64,000 nt of DNA from an uncultured Candidatus Saccharibacteria bacterium (GTDB taxonomy: Bacteria > Patescibacteriota > Doudnabacteria > UBA920): positions 212,480 through 276,479 of the forward strand of contig CAYQEU010000001.1 of assembly GCA_964416765.1 (NCBI GenBank), read 5' to 3'. A model generated the notes under the pieces. It saw only the letters and a program-made list of their open reading frames with translations, did no database searches and was not told the origin of the DNA. Below are positions 20,621 to 29,781 of this stretch, one piece after another (the stretch's first letter is position 1; each line of letters opens with the position of its first letter). A program made the translations under genes and the position numbers.

Positions 20621-21005
20621 CACTGACGGGGGAGCTCGCGGTAACCCCGGCCCCGCCGCCATTGGCGTGGTTATCCGCGACGAGGTCGGAGAAGTAATTT
20701 TTGAGCACGGGAGTTACATTGGCGAGACGACCAATAACATTGCCGAGTACAGTGCTTTGATTAAAGCGCTGGAAACCGCCCGTGACCTTGGCGCCGACGA
20801 AGTTAAAATTAACATGGATTCCGAGCTGATAGTCAAACAGATGCTCGGCCAGTATAAAATAAAGCAGCCAGCTCTGCAGGAACTGGCCGCGCAAGTCATA
20901 AAATTATTGAAAAACTTTTCCCGGTACAGTTTTAGCCACGTGCGCCGTGAATTCAATAAGGACGCTGACGCCATGGTAAACCAGGCGCTCGACGCCCGTA
21001 TGTAA
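20598..21005 (+). CDS. rnhA: ribonuclease HI
   Basis: INTDGGARGNPGPAAIGVV, TNNIAEY and a C-terminal D carboxylate. 135 aa. Confidence 0.75.
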   Translation: MSKQLTINTDGGARGNPGPAAIGVVIRDEVGEVIFEHGSYIGETTNNIAEYSALIKALETARDLGADEVKINMDSELIVKQMLGQYKIKQPALQELAAQVIKLLKNFSRYSFSHVRREFNKDADAMVNQALDARM

Positions 21006-22286
21006 TTACTTCAGCTGGAAAAACTTTAGTGTGGTACCATCAAGGAAATACACCAGATTGTGCCCGGGGTCACTGGTGTATTTTTTTATTTCGCCCGGGT
21101 TGGCTAATACATAAGTGTTGACGTGGTCCCGGGTATCCACTTCAGCCGCTTCAATTTTGTTTCCATTGGCGAACAGGACGAAACCGAGGTCGGCAATACC
21201 TTGCGGTAAAGACAAGCTGCCGGCGTCGCGCAGGATAAGCTGGGAGGCTCCTTTGCTGAAATCATAATCATACAATTCAAACCCCGTGGTATAAGCCAGC
21301 GCGGGAGCTCCCGCGTCAAATCCAACCTGTGTTACGCCGCCTTGGATTTCATCAAGGCTGTCGTTTACCCGGTAGAGAACATGGTCGGCCAGCAGGAAAA
21401 TTTCCTTGGAACGCGCCACGTACAACTCACTGGTTTGGAAAGCCGGAATATTATCCAACAGTACTTGAGTTTGGTCAGGGCTGTACAGGGGGCTGATAAC
21501 CAGCTGGGAGCCATTACCACTTGTTTGGACACGATACAGAGACCCTTGTTGGAAAGTGAACGCGCTAACCGAGGTCCCCACTTGGATGCGTTTGCCATTA
21601 CTAATTTCCGTTCGGTAAAGAGTGCCTTTTTCCAGGCTGTACAAAGAATCGTCCGGTCCAAAAGTGTAAGCGGTGTTGGCTTGCAAAGGGAGGGCGATAA
21701 GGGTTAAATCCGCGGCTTTATACAAGAGGCTTTTGCCGCCGCAACTCAACAACACATAATTTTGGGTTGGGCTGGCTGATAAGCTCACGCACGCCGAAGA
21801 TAGCTTGATTGTCTTCACGGCTTCGGTATGGCCGAATTTGGTTTGGACCAGGGAGGAATCGGTTAGATAGAGAGTGTAGTCACTGCCGGCAAAATAGTCC
21901 CGGACCTTGGCGCTGACAATTACCGGTGCGGCGTCATTGCGGATGAGGTGGAGCTCCTGCAGGTTGGCGCTGGCCCAGGTTACCTGGCCCGCCTTTAGCT
22001 GGAGGCGCTTGGACCAGTCAAAGTAGCCTTCCTTTTTCACCGTAACCAGATAATCTTTTGCTTTGAGGAAGCGGAGCGTCGCCGGAGTGGTGCCCTGCTC
22101 TTCACCGTCCAAATAAATCTTGGCTTTGGAAGGGAGAGTGCGTACGGACAGCAAACCCGTGGCGGACAGCTGGTCAGTGTTCCAGTCATAACTAATACCG
22201 CTCACGTAAAGCACGATGAGCGGGGACACTATTCCGAAGACAAGAAAGCCCAAGGCAATAAAAAGGTAACGGGTGCGTCGCTTCAT
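21006..22286 (-). CDS. membrane-anchored PEGA-domain protein
   Basis: N-terminal TM followed by a PEGA-like segment (KAKIYLDGEEQGTTPATL..KEGYFDW). Confidence 0.5.
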   Translation of the reverse strand: MKRRTRYLFIALGFLVFGIVSPLIVLYVSGISYDWNTDQLSATGLLSVRTLPSKAKIYLDGEEQGTTPATLRFLKAKDYLVTVKKEGYFDWSKRLQLKAGQVTWASANLQELHLIRNDAAPVIVSAKVRDYFAGSDYTLYLTDSSLVQTKFGHTEAVKTIKLSSACVSLSASPTQNYVLLSCGGKSLLYKAADLTLIALPLQANTAYTFGPDDSLYSLEKGTLYRTEISNGKRIQVGTSVSAFTFQQGSLYRVQTSGNGSQLVISPLYSPDQTQVLLDNIPAFQTSELYVARSKEIFLLADHVLYRVNDSLDEIQGGVTQVGFDAGAPALAYTTGFELYDYDFSKGASQLILRDAGSLSLPQGIADLGFVLFANGNKIEAAEVDTRDHVNTYVLANPGEIKKYTSDPGHNLVYFLDGTTLKFFQLK

Positions 22287-22364
22287 AAATCACCTTAATT
22301 TTAAGCGGTTTCCGGCACTTTTACAAGGCTGACAGAGGGGGACATTCTTGATATAATATACTGT

Positions 22365-23372
22365 ATGTTTCAAGCAAAAATCGGCATTGATTTAGGTACT
22401 GCCAACACTTTAGTCCATCTCCCGAAAAAGGGGATTGTAATAAATGAACCCACCGTGGTAGCGATTTCCCTAGAGGACAACCGTATTTTGGCCGTGGGGC
22501 AGGAAGCTAAAGAAATGCTCGGTCGCACCCCAGAAACCATTGTCGCCAATCGTCCCATGAAAGACGGTGTTATTGCCGACTACCGGGTTACCGAGGCCAT
22601 GCTTCGCTATTTTATCAACAAAGCGTTGGGGCGCGTCCGCTTTTTCCGTCCTGAAGTCATGATTTCCGTTCCGGGGGGCATTACTTCCACGGAACGACGC
22701 GCCGTTATTGAAGCGGCCCAGGCCGCCGGGGCCCGTTCCGCTTTTGTAATTAAGGAAACAGTTGCTTCCGCCATTGGCGCCGGCATTCCCATTTCTTCAG
22801 CCTCGGGGAATTTAATTATCGATATGGGAGGCGGCACGACTGACGTTGCCGTGCTATCGCTTGGCGGTATTGTAAATTCAACCTCCGTGCGCGTCGCGGG
22901 AAACCGTCTTGACCAGGCTATTGTGGATTATGTCCGCCGTAAACATGGCTTGGCTATTGGCGACCGCACCGCCGAAGAAATCAAAATAACCATTGGATCC
23001 GCCATGCTCATGCCGGAAGAGGAAGTCATGGAAGTAAAGGGGCGCGACATGATTACCGGCTTACCCAAGACCGTGAATGTCTCTACGAACGACGTGGTTG
23101 AAGCCATCCAGGAAGAACTGAAGGAAATTGTAAAAGCCGTAAAAGTTGTCTTGCAAGATACTCCGCCCGAACTCGCCAGCGATATTATTGATAAAGGGAT
23201 GATTATGACCGGCGGTACCGCCCAGCTCCGTAACCTCGACCACTACATTGCCCAGGAAGTGGGGGTTCCCTGTTACGTGGCGGAAGACCCTCTCTTATGC
23301 GTGGCGCGTGGGACCGGGGTAGCACTCGATAACCTCGATAGCTACAAAAAGAGTATATTAAGCATCAAATAA
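22365..23372 (+). CDS. mreB: rod-shape-determining protein MreB
   Basis: IGIDLGTANTLV. Actin-fold phosphate 1/2 and adenosine motifs. Confidence 0.85.
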   Translation: MFQAKIGIDLGTANTLVHLPKKGIVINEPTVVAISLEDNRILAVGQEAKEMLGRTPETIVANRPMKDGVIADYRVTEAMLRYFINKALGRVRFFRPEVMISVPGGITSTERRAVIEAAQAAGARSAFVIKETVASAIGAGIPISSASGNLIIDMGGGTTDVAVLSLGGIVNSTSVRVAGNRLDQAIVDYVRRKHGLAIGDRTAEEIKITIGSAMLMPEEEVMEVKGRDMITGLPKTVNVSTNDVVEAIQEELKEIVKAVKVVLQDTPPELASDIIDKGMIMTGGTAQLRNLDHYIAQEVGVPCYVAEDPLLCVARGTGVALDNLDSYKKSILSIK

Positions 23373-23375
23373 CAC

Positions 23376-23400
23376 CGGCCCTCTGGCCGGTTTTATTTTT
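23376..23400 (+). terminator. rho-independent terminator after mreB
   Basis: ccggcc ctct ggccgg followed by TTTTATTTTT. Confidence 0.6.
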
Positions 23401-23430
23401 GCCGCTCGCCCGATTATTTAGGCAAGAAGA

Positions 23431-23468
23431 AAACCGCAGGACTACGAATGTAGAACTGCGGTTTTCGG
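23431..23468. terminator. bidirectional hairpin terminator
   Basis: aaaaccgcag (14-nt loop) ctgcggtttt is a perfect 10-bp inverted repeat with A and T flanks. It serves the minus-strand ORF ending at 23490. Confidence 0.5.
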
Positions 23469-23489
23469 TGTGGTAAGGCTTGTGAATGC

Positions 23490-24053
23490 TTACGCGTTGG
23501 CTTGTTTCCGGTAGGGGTTCGGATGAACCTGTTCCAGGAGCGGCTGCTCCAACTCCAGCGCGTGCTGGTTTTTGCTTTTGCCCCAAGGAACCTTGAGGAA
23601 AAAGTTGATAGCCTGGCGCGCGGTAGGTGAGCCAGCCTTTATACTGGCGAGCGGCATAGGGAGCCGGTGGAACCATTTGGATTCCTCGGACTCCTCCATT
23701 TTCCGGTTGTAGTAAACCGGCCGGCCATTGCGGGTGGGGAACTCAAGATAGTCAGAGTTTGAGCTAAACTTGAGAGCCGCTTTGATGCGGCGGCACCTGC
23801 AACGGTAGATGTCTTCAGGACGAAGCTGGGGAGGAACCTCACCGAGGTCGATGAGGGTGTAGCCCGGTTTGACGTCGCCATCTGAGGCGAACTTCTGGGC
23901 TTGGTCCGTTGAATATGCCAGTACTACATAGGTGGCGGCGTAGTCGGGTCCGTTGATGTACGCCTCCGCTACGTGGAAGAGGTAGCAGCGTAGAGGTTTA
24001 CGTTCTGATTCTGTCTTGCGCGGAATCCTTGCCGGCGTTACTTTCTTTCTCAT
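23490..24053 (-). CDS. hypothetical protein (orphan, no recognisable domain)
   Basis: 187 aa. AGGAG lies 9 nt upstream of ATG 24053. It sits alone in a roughly 900-bp non-coding-looking gap. Confidence 0.4.
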   Translation of the reverse strand: MRKKVTPARIPRKTESERKPLRCYLFHVAEAYINGPDYAATYVVLAYSTDQAQKFASDGDVKPGYTLIDLGEVPPQLRPEDIYRCRCRRIKAALKFSSNSDYLEFPTRNGRPVYYNRKMEESEESKWFHRLPMPLASIKAGSPTARQAINFFLKVPWGKSKNQHALELEQPLLEQVHPNPYRKQANA

Positions 24054-24274
24054 GATATTGTTGCTCCTGTGTCTGAGGTAAGGGGTGTAAATGGATAAGC
24101 GGAAACAAAGCTATAGCCTTCGAATCCTCCATTTTCGTTGTCGCAATTATATCACAAAATCGGGTTTCTGTCAATGTTCCCAGTTTATTAACATTGTCCC
24201 GCAGATAAGCGATTTGTTAGATAGGCAAAAGTGTTTTATAATTTACATAGAATAAAAACTGAGAGAAACAAAAA

Positions 24275-24925
24275 ATGAAAAAGAAGTTTTACGTTTTTTT
24301 ATGCATGCTCCTCGGAGTAACTTTGTTCCTGATTATCCAACGCGCGCTGTTGGCGATTTATCTTATTTTTGCCGGCAGTAACTCCGGATTGATTTTTTTT
24401 GATCCATTACAGCTTCAGGTAATGACTTGGACAACCACTGCGATTGCCGTGGTTATTGGTTTGTTCTATGGCAACTACCTTGGACACCACTGGTGGCCGC
24501 TCGTCTATGGCGAGGATGATGTCCGGGCGCTCCGCGGTTTGGATATGGAAGAACCGGAAGAGGATACCCAGCGCTCAGTCACCATCAAACCGGTCCGGAC
24601 CCCTTCGGCGAAAGTCCGTTTGCGCAGTGAAACCCGCGACCAGGGCTGGGATTTTGATGACTTGATTAATTATGACGCGCCGGCTGTGGAAAGCTTGTCC
24701 GGTGCCAGCGCCCCCACTGTTATCTCCGCGGTTACTTTAGGAGAGGGAACTGAGACCAAGAAGCGCGGAGTGAGCAAAGCAAAAACTACCAAGACTAAAA
24801 CGGCCGCTAAGCCTTCCGTTAAACCTGGCACAAAGTCTGCTGCTAAATCCACAATTAAAAAACCGGCAGCGAAAAAGCCGGCCGCCAAGAAAACCGCGGT
24901 CCGCAAGACCAAACCAATCTCTTAG
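24275..24925 (+). CDS. membrane protein with histone-H1-like Lys/Ala/Pro-rich C-terminal tail
   Basis: Two or three N-terminal TM helices. C-terminal ..KTKTAAKPSVKPGTKSAAKSTIKKPAAKKPAAKKTAVRK. Confidence 0.5.
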   Translation: MKKKFYVFLCMLLGVTLFLIIQRALLAIYLIFAGSNSGLIFFDPLQLQVMTWTTTAIAVVIGLFYGNYLGHHWWPLVYGEDDVRALRGLDMEEPEEDTQRSVTIKPVRTPSAKVRLRSETRDQGWDFDDLINYDAPAVESLSGASAPTVISAVTLGEGTETKKRGVSKAKTTKTKTAAKPSVKPGTKSAAKSTIKKPAAKKPAAKKTAVRKTKPIS

Positions 24926-24927
24926 CC

Positions 24928-25284
24928 ATGACCGCTAAAAGTTTCCTTCTTTCCACCATTGGTCTGCTGCTGTTGCTGTGGGTGTATAAGATTTTCATGA
25001 TCAGCTATTTTGACCTGAGCGGCTGGGTCATGCCTATTGTCTACGCGCTTGGTATTATTGTTTTGACCATGTCCATGGTACGCCGGGCGGGGAAGCTTAA
25101 TACTTTTGAAGTTATCGTCGGGCTGATTTGGTGGACCGTCCTGGTCCTCCTCTGGGATTTTCTCTTTCTGACCGCTATAGTCGGTTACGGAATGTATTAC
25201 CATATCTATTTTTGGGTGGGTTATTTCGTGATGATGCTCACCATAATGGTTTTCCACAAGCGCGCCCCGTTGGATAAAAAATAG
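24928..25284 (+). CDS. small polytopic membrane protein
   Basis: 118 aa with 3-4 TM helices. Starts 3 nt after the upstream gene. Confidence 0.4.
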   Translation: MTAKSFLLSTIGLLLLLWVYKIFMISYFDLSGWVMPIVYALGIIVLTMSMVRRAGKLNTFEVIVGLIWWTVLVLLWDFLFLTAIVGYGMYYHIYFWVGYFVMMLTIMVFHKRAPLDKK

Positions 25285-25296
25285 GCGTTGACTACG

Positions 25297-25314
25297 GGTA
25301 TACGATCGTATACC
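25297..25314. promoter_or_regulatory. 18-bp perfect palindrome GGTATACGATCGTATACC overlapping the dinB promoter (candidate operator)
   Basis: Perfect inverted repeat between TTGACT (25288-25293) and the ATG at 25323. CATAAT -10 at 25314-25319. Confidence 0.4.
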
Positions 25315-25322
25315 ATAATAGC

Positions 25323-26648
25323 ATGGCTGTTTTTACCCCTAAAGTCATCATGCATATCGACATGAATAGTTATTTCGCCTCCTGCGAACAGCAGGAGAAT
25401 TTGGCGTGGCGGGGCCACCCCGTGGGGGTGTGCGAGCATTTGGGCGGAATTATTATTGCCGCCAGCATTGAAGCAAAGCGTTGGGGGATAAAGACAGGGA
25501 CGCCGGTTTGGGAAGCGCGGAAAATCTACCCGAAGATTATTTTGACCCCCACGCACCCTGATGTGTACCGCAAGTACACCCGGCGGTTCATGAAAGTTTT
25601 GGAGGATTATACGGAGCGCGTGGAGAAATACAGCATTGATGAAGCTTTTGTCGACTTAACTAAAGCGTGCAACATCCGCCAGCCGGTTTCCGCCGCCAGC
25701 GGGAAACTAAAAAAAGTTGACCCATGGCGGGAAGCCGAAAAGATCGCCAGGGAAATCAAGCGCCGCATCACGGCTGAGGTTGGTGATTGGCTGAAAGTTT
25801 CCGTGGGAATAGGGGATAATAAGCTGGTCGCTAAAATCGCTTCAGACCTGGAAAAGCCCAACGGCCTGGTGGTGGTGCGTCCGGAGGATAGAGACAAGCT
25901 GTATGACCGGCTCAAGCTGACTGATATTCCGGGAATTGCCAGGCGCATGGAACGCCGGCTGAAACACCTCGGCATTAACAGCCTCAAGGAGCTGCGCGAC
26001 TACCCGCTATCAAAGCTGGTGGCGTACTTTGGCATTATGGGTTACCACTTGCATAACATGGGCCAGTTACGGGGCAGCTGGAAGGAAGGGTTTACGCCGG
26101 TCGAGGAAGATCCGTTAAAGTCCATTGGCCACGTTTATACCGTGCCGCGGCAGTGGCGCCAGAGGCGGGTGTTTGAACCTGTGTTGTACAAGCTCGCGGA
26201 AATGGTGGCGGCGCGCCTGCGGGTTAACGGTTTGTTTGGAAACGTCTTGTCGGTGCATCTCCATGATTCGGAGCGCAACTGCGCCGGCCGCAGCCATAAA
26301 CTGGGCTATTACATCAATGACGGTCGGGAAATCTTTATGGAGGCCATGGCGCTGTTGAAATCATCGCCAATTTCATGGGAGGAGGTCACCCGGGAAATTT
26401 ATTTGGTGGGGATTACTGTTTCGGGCCTGCGTCCTTATTTTGGCCAGCAGAGCCTGTTTCCGGAAGCCGCTCGGGCGGAGCGGCTGACCAAAGCCCTGGA
26501 TAAAATTAACGACAAGTATGAGGACTTTACCGTGGCGCGTATTCCGGCATGGCAGGCGCGGGACATAATCCGCGATTCCATTGGGTTTGGGCGCATGAAA
26601 GAATTTCAAACCAGCCACGTGCGGGGCTCACACGGAAGGTTTTCTTAA
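25323..26648 (+). CDS. dinB: DNA polymerase IV (Y-family translesion polymerase)
   Basis: MHIDMNSYFASCEQ (catalytic D), SIDEAFVDL, and little-finger/HhH regions. The start may alternatively be M10 at 25350. Confidence 0.8.
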   Translation: MAVFTPKVIMHIDMNSYFASCEQQENLAWRGHPVGVCEHLGGIIIAASIEAKRWGIKTGTPVWEARKIYPKIILTPTHPDVYRKYTRRFMKVLEDYTERVEKYSIDEAFVDLTKACNIRQPVSAASGKLKKVDPWREAEKIAREIKRRITAEVGDWLKVSVGIGDNKLVAKIASDLEKPNGLVVVRPEDRDKLYDRLKLTDIPGIARRMERRLKHLGINSLKELRDYPLSKLVAYFGIMGYHLHNMGQLRGSWKEGFTPVEEDPLKSIGHVYTVPRQWRQRRVFEPVLYKLAEMVAARLRVNGLFGNVLSVHLHDSERNCAGRSHKLGYYINDGREIFMEAMALLKSSPISWEEVTREIYLVGITVSGLRPYFGQQSLFPEAARAERLTKALDKINDKYEDFTVARIPAWQARDIIRDSIGFGRMKEFQTSHVRGSHGRFS

Positions 26649-26668
26649 TTTTTCTTTTGGCCGCCAAA

Positions 26669-26680
26669 TGTGGTATAATA
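26669..26680 (+). promoter_or_regulatory. extended -10 promoter element TGTGGTATAATA
   Basis: TGnTATAAT lies about 22 nt upstream of ATG 26702. Confidence 0.4.
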
Positions 26681-26701
26681 AAGGCACATTTTTCGGTTGA
26701 A

Positions 26702-27034
26702 ATGATACCAATACAAAAATACAAAAATTTCTTTTCTGATTTGATCCGCCGCCACATGCTAATTCTGGGCCCTAATATTGCCCGGGATGTAGCGACACGC
26801 ACGGTAGGGCTGGTGGTTAACCAAAGCGGGGAAGTTCAGGATATTAAAGGGGACCCTCTTTTGGTACTCAAAGACCTGCTTGCCGGATATCGGAATTTGT
26901 CTGATCCCGTAACCCAGCTGGTGGCTTACCAGCTTCTCGAACAGTATCCCGGCATCAAAACCGAATACAATGACCCGATTACGCAAATTGACTTAACCTG
27001 CGCCCTTAACGACAAGAAGGAGACCGCCGCATGA
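26702..27034 (+). CDS. hypothetical protein
   Basis: The ORF track begins at 26549 inside dinB. A promoter at 26669-26680 and an ATG at 26702 (MIPIQKY..) give a 110-aa product that overlaps the histidine kinase start by 4 nt. Confidence 0.4.
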   Translation: MIPIQKYKNFFSDLIRRHMLILGPNIARDVATRTVGLVVNQSGEVQDIKGDPLLVLKDLLAGYRNLSDPVTQLVAYQLLEQYPGIKTEYNDPITQIDLTCALNDKKETAA

Positions 27035-28698
27035 TAGCCAGCATACTGCTGTTTATTGACTTCCTGTTACTCGGGGCGGTTTTTTATTTTTACATCAAGC
27101 GCATGCTGCGCGAGCGCGCCCGTTTGGAAGGCGCCGCGTCCCAGGGGTTGGAATTGCAGCAGAAGGTATACCAAATCCAGATTTTGCGGGAAATCAGCGG
27201 GCGTATTGGCTACTCACTCGACACCAGCAAAATTACCGAAATCATAACCAATAGCATTGGGAGCTTACTGGATTACGATACGGTGTCGTACGTTTTGTTT
27301 GATGACCCGGAAAATATCCTATTCAAGACCCATGTGCACCAGTCGGTGAACCGCATGTTTTTGGAAGAAGTGAAAACCCACATGATCCAGTCGGTCGTGT
27401 CAATCTGCGGTAATGAGTTGGACCTCAAGAAAGCCGACGAGCAGATTACCGGAACTATTTTAGACGACAACCTAAAAGGGCGGGTGGAATCTTACGTTAA
27501 TATCCCTGTTATTATTGGCAATCGGTTTTTGGGCCTGCTTAATGTTTCTTCGCAAAAGCCCAGCCTGTACGACCAGGAACAAGCCGCTATTTTGTATACA
27601 ATCACCAACGAAGCTGGGGCCGCTGTGTCACAGCTCGAATCGGTGTTGGAAAACGAACAGGGGAAACTGCGCGGCGTCATCTATTCCATGGCTGACGGGG
27701 TAATTATGGCCGATATGCATAACCAGCTCATGGTTTCGAACCCGGCGGTAAAAACCTTGCTTTCCATTCCGGCTAACCGTGAGATTAGTATGTTCGACGT
27801 GGTGGACGCGCTGGCGGGCAAAGTGGACCTGCGCACCAAGATAGAAGAGGCGATTTCCAAAGACGCGTCCATAAAAATCCCGGAATTATTCTTACGGGAC
27901 AAGGCACTGGAGCTCACCATAACCCCGGCTAAAGACCAGCAGGGAGAAATGATGGGTGTTTCCGTAATTTTGCATGACGTGACCGCCAATAAATCTCTCG
28001 AAAAATTGCGCCAGGAATTTACCGCCATGATGGTGCACGAACTGCGCGCGCCGCTTACCGCCGTGCGCTGGTCCAGCGAATCGCTCCTGAAAAGCATTGA
28101 TAACCCCGACCATGCCGCGGAAGTCCAGAAAATCAAGGATGGTGTTACGACTATTGAAAGCGCGGCGGGCAACATGCTTGACCTGGTAAACGACCTCTTA
28201 GATGTCGCCAAGATTGAAGCGGGCAAATTTGACCTCAATCTCCAGGAATATGACCTTGTTGAAGCCATAAAGGAATCAGTTAAGACTTTTGAAGCGCAGG
28301 CGGAGATGAAACACCTTAAGCTTAGCCTCATCTCGCTGGACAAATGCCGGCTTAAATTCGACAAAGTTCGCATTTCGCAGGTCATGGACAACCTGATCAG
28401 CAATGCGATAAAATACACTGACAGCGGAGAAATCGCGGTAAACGTGGCTTTGGACCAAGAAGCCAAGCAAGCCGTGGTATCTATTAAGGATTCCGGGCTC
28501 GGCGTGAGTAGGGAAGACCTGAACCAGCTGTTTTCCAAATTCAAGCAGCTTACCGCCACCGACCGTTCCCGAAAGGGTACCGGTCTCGGGTTGGTGGTTA
28601 GCAAAGGTATAGTAGAGGCGCATGGGGGGAAGATCTGGGCCGAGAGTCCCGGTGAGAACATGGGCAGTACCTTTTCTTTCTCTATTCCAATTAAATAA
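27031..28698 (+). CDS. sensor histidine kinase (TM, GAF-like, PAS-like, HisKA, HATPase_c)
   Basis: H-box HELRAPLTAV. N, G1 and G2 boxes (NLISNAIKYT, DSGLGV, GTGLGL). Confidence 0.8.
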   Translation: MIASILLFIDFLLLGAVFYFYIKRMLRERARLEGAASQGLELQQKVYQIQILREISGRIGYSLDTSKITEIITNSIGSLLDYDTVSYVLFDDPENILFKTHVHQSVNRMFLEEVKTHMIQSVVSICGNELDLKKADEQITGTILDDNLKGRVESYVNIPVIIGNRFLGLLNVSSQKPSLYDQEQAAILYTITNEAGAAVSQLESVLENEQGKLRGVIYSMADGVIMADMHNQLMVSNPAVKTLLSIPANREISMFDVVDALAGKVDLRTKIEEAISKDASIKIPELFLRDKALELTITPAKDQQGEMMGVSVILHDVTANKSLEKLRQEFTAMMVHELRAPLTAVRWSSESLLKSIDNPDHAAEVQKIKDGVTTIESAAGNMLDLVNDLLDVAKIEAGKFDLNLQEYDLVEAIKESVKTFEAQAEMKHLKLSLISLDKCRLKFDKVRISQVMDNLISNAIKYTDSGEIAVNVALDQEAKQAVVSIKDSGLGVSREDLNQLFSKFKQLTATDRSRKGTGLGLVVSKGIVEAHGGKIWAESPGENMGSTFSFSIPIK

Positions 28699-28710
28699 CC
28701 AAATTAACCT

Positions 28711-29100
28711 ATGCCTATGCCAAAAATCGTAATCGCGGAAGATGACCAGTTAATTAACACTTCGCTGGTGCAGGGTTTTCAGGACGCCGGTTTTGAGGTA
28801 ACCTCCGCCCCCGATGGGGAAGTTGCGGTTGCCAAAATTAAGGAAGTAAAACCCGACGTTGCGGTTTTGGATATCATGATGCCCAAACTCGACGGGATTG
28901 GCGTGATCTGGGAAATGAAAGCAGACCCGGACACCGAAAAGATTCCCGCCGTGGTTTTGACCAACTTAAGCGACGCGGAGACAGTCAGTAAAATTTTGGA
29001 AGCCGGAGCAGCGGACTACCTGCTGAAAAGCGACCAGTCGATTGACCAGGTTGTCCAAAAAGTGCGCGAAGTGCTCGACCGACAGGTGAAAATTGGATAA
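28711..29100 (+). CDS. stand-alone response-regulator receiver domain (CheY-like)
   Basis: EDD.., phospho-acceptor in VLDIMMPKLDG, and conserved T and K positions. 129 aa with no output domain. Confidence 0.8.
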   Translation: MPMPKIVIAEDDQLINTSLVQGFQDAGFEVTSAPDGEVAVAKIKEVKPDVAVLDIMMPKLDGIGVIWEMKADPDTEKIPAVVLTNLSDAETVSKILEAGAADYLLKSDQSIDQVVQKVREVLDRQVKIG

Positions 29101-29103
29101 CGC

Positions 29104-29571
29104 ATGGCCAAGCACAAGCTTTCAGTCATAGCCCATAACATTCGCTCCTTACATAACGTGGGAGCGATTTTTCGCACGGCTGATAGTCTGGGCGTGGCCA
29201 AAGTATACTTGTCCGGATATACGGGAGCTCCGCCTGACCCCCGGCTGGCTAAAGTGGCGCTGGGCGCGGAAAATTTTGTCCCTTGGGAAAAGCACAAGTC
29301 CGCGGTGAGGTTGATTAAGAAATTGAAAGTCAATAATCCAAAGCTAACAATTGCGGCGTTAGAGAATAACATTCCCCGCAAAACGGTTTTGCTGGACCGG
29401 TATAATCCAAAATCCGAAATGGTCTTAATAGTGGGAGAGGAAACCAAAGGCATACCCAAAAACATTTTGGAACTTTGTGACGTAATCCTGGAGATTCCCA
29501 TGAAAGGCCACAAGGAAAGCTTGAACGTTTCCGTCGCGTTTGGGATTGCCGCGTACACTCTCTTGAACTGA
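29104..29571 (+). CDS. SpoU/TrmH-family RNA 2'-O-methyltransferase (TrmL-like)
   Basis: RNVGAIFRTA, LVVGEETKGI and a C-terminal SPOUT knot. 155 aa. Confidence 0.75.
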   Translation: MAKHKLSVIAHNIRSLHNVGAIFRTADSLGVAKVYLSGYTGAPPDPRLAKVALGAENFVPWEKHKSAVRLIKKLKVNNPKLTIAALENNIPRKTVLLDRYNPKSEMVLIVGEETKGIPKNILELCDVILEIPMKGHKESLNVSVAFGIAAYTLLN

Positions 29572-29682
29572 TAATTTGCCAAATTTGCCGAAAAGTTGTC
29601 CTGTGACGTAATTTAACCGGCTTTGTTACAAGTAAGATTCACCCCCTTGTGGATTACTCTTCCGTCAGGATCTTCCCGGCTC

Positions 29683-29716
29683 AAAACTGCCCATAAATAT
29701 AGGCAGTTTTTTCTTT
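29683..29716 (+). terminator. rho-independent terminator
   Basis: aaaactgcc cataaatat aggcagtttt followed by ttcttt. Confidence 0.6.
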
Positions 29717-29735
29717 ATGAAACGTTTCCCAAACC

Positions 29736-29764
29736 TTTGACCTGACCCATGAAGTGGAGTATAA
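29736..29764 (+). promoter_or_regulatory. mraZ promoter (TTGACC-17-TATAAT)
   Basis: Near-consensus -35 and -10 elements with 17-nt spacing. About 90 nt upstream of mraZ. Confidence 0.55.
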
Positions 29765-29781
29765 TTCACTTGTGATGGCAA

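Noticed and set aside
24100-24140. tRNA-like TTCGAATCC string in the mreB-downstream gap
   Set aside because: Flanking sequence cannot form a T-stem or acceptor stem on either strand, so this is not a tRNA.
26549-26701. Long 5' extension of the small protein gene overlapping the dinB 3' end
   Set aside because: It would overlap dinB by 100 nt and include the TGGTATAAT promoter. The shorter start at 26702 is preferred.
27681-28661. 326-aa minus-strand ORF antisense to the histidine kinase
   Set aside because: Fully embedded antisense to a gene with clear kinase motifs. It has a Ser/Leu/Arg-rich composition typical of antisense frames.
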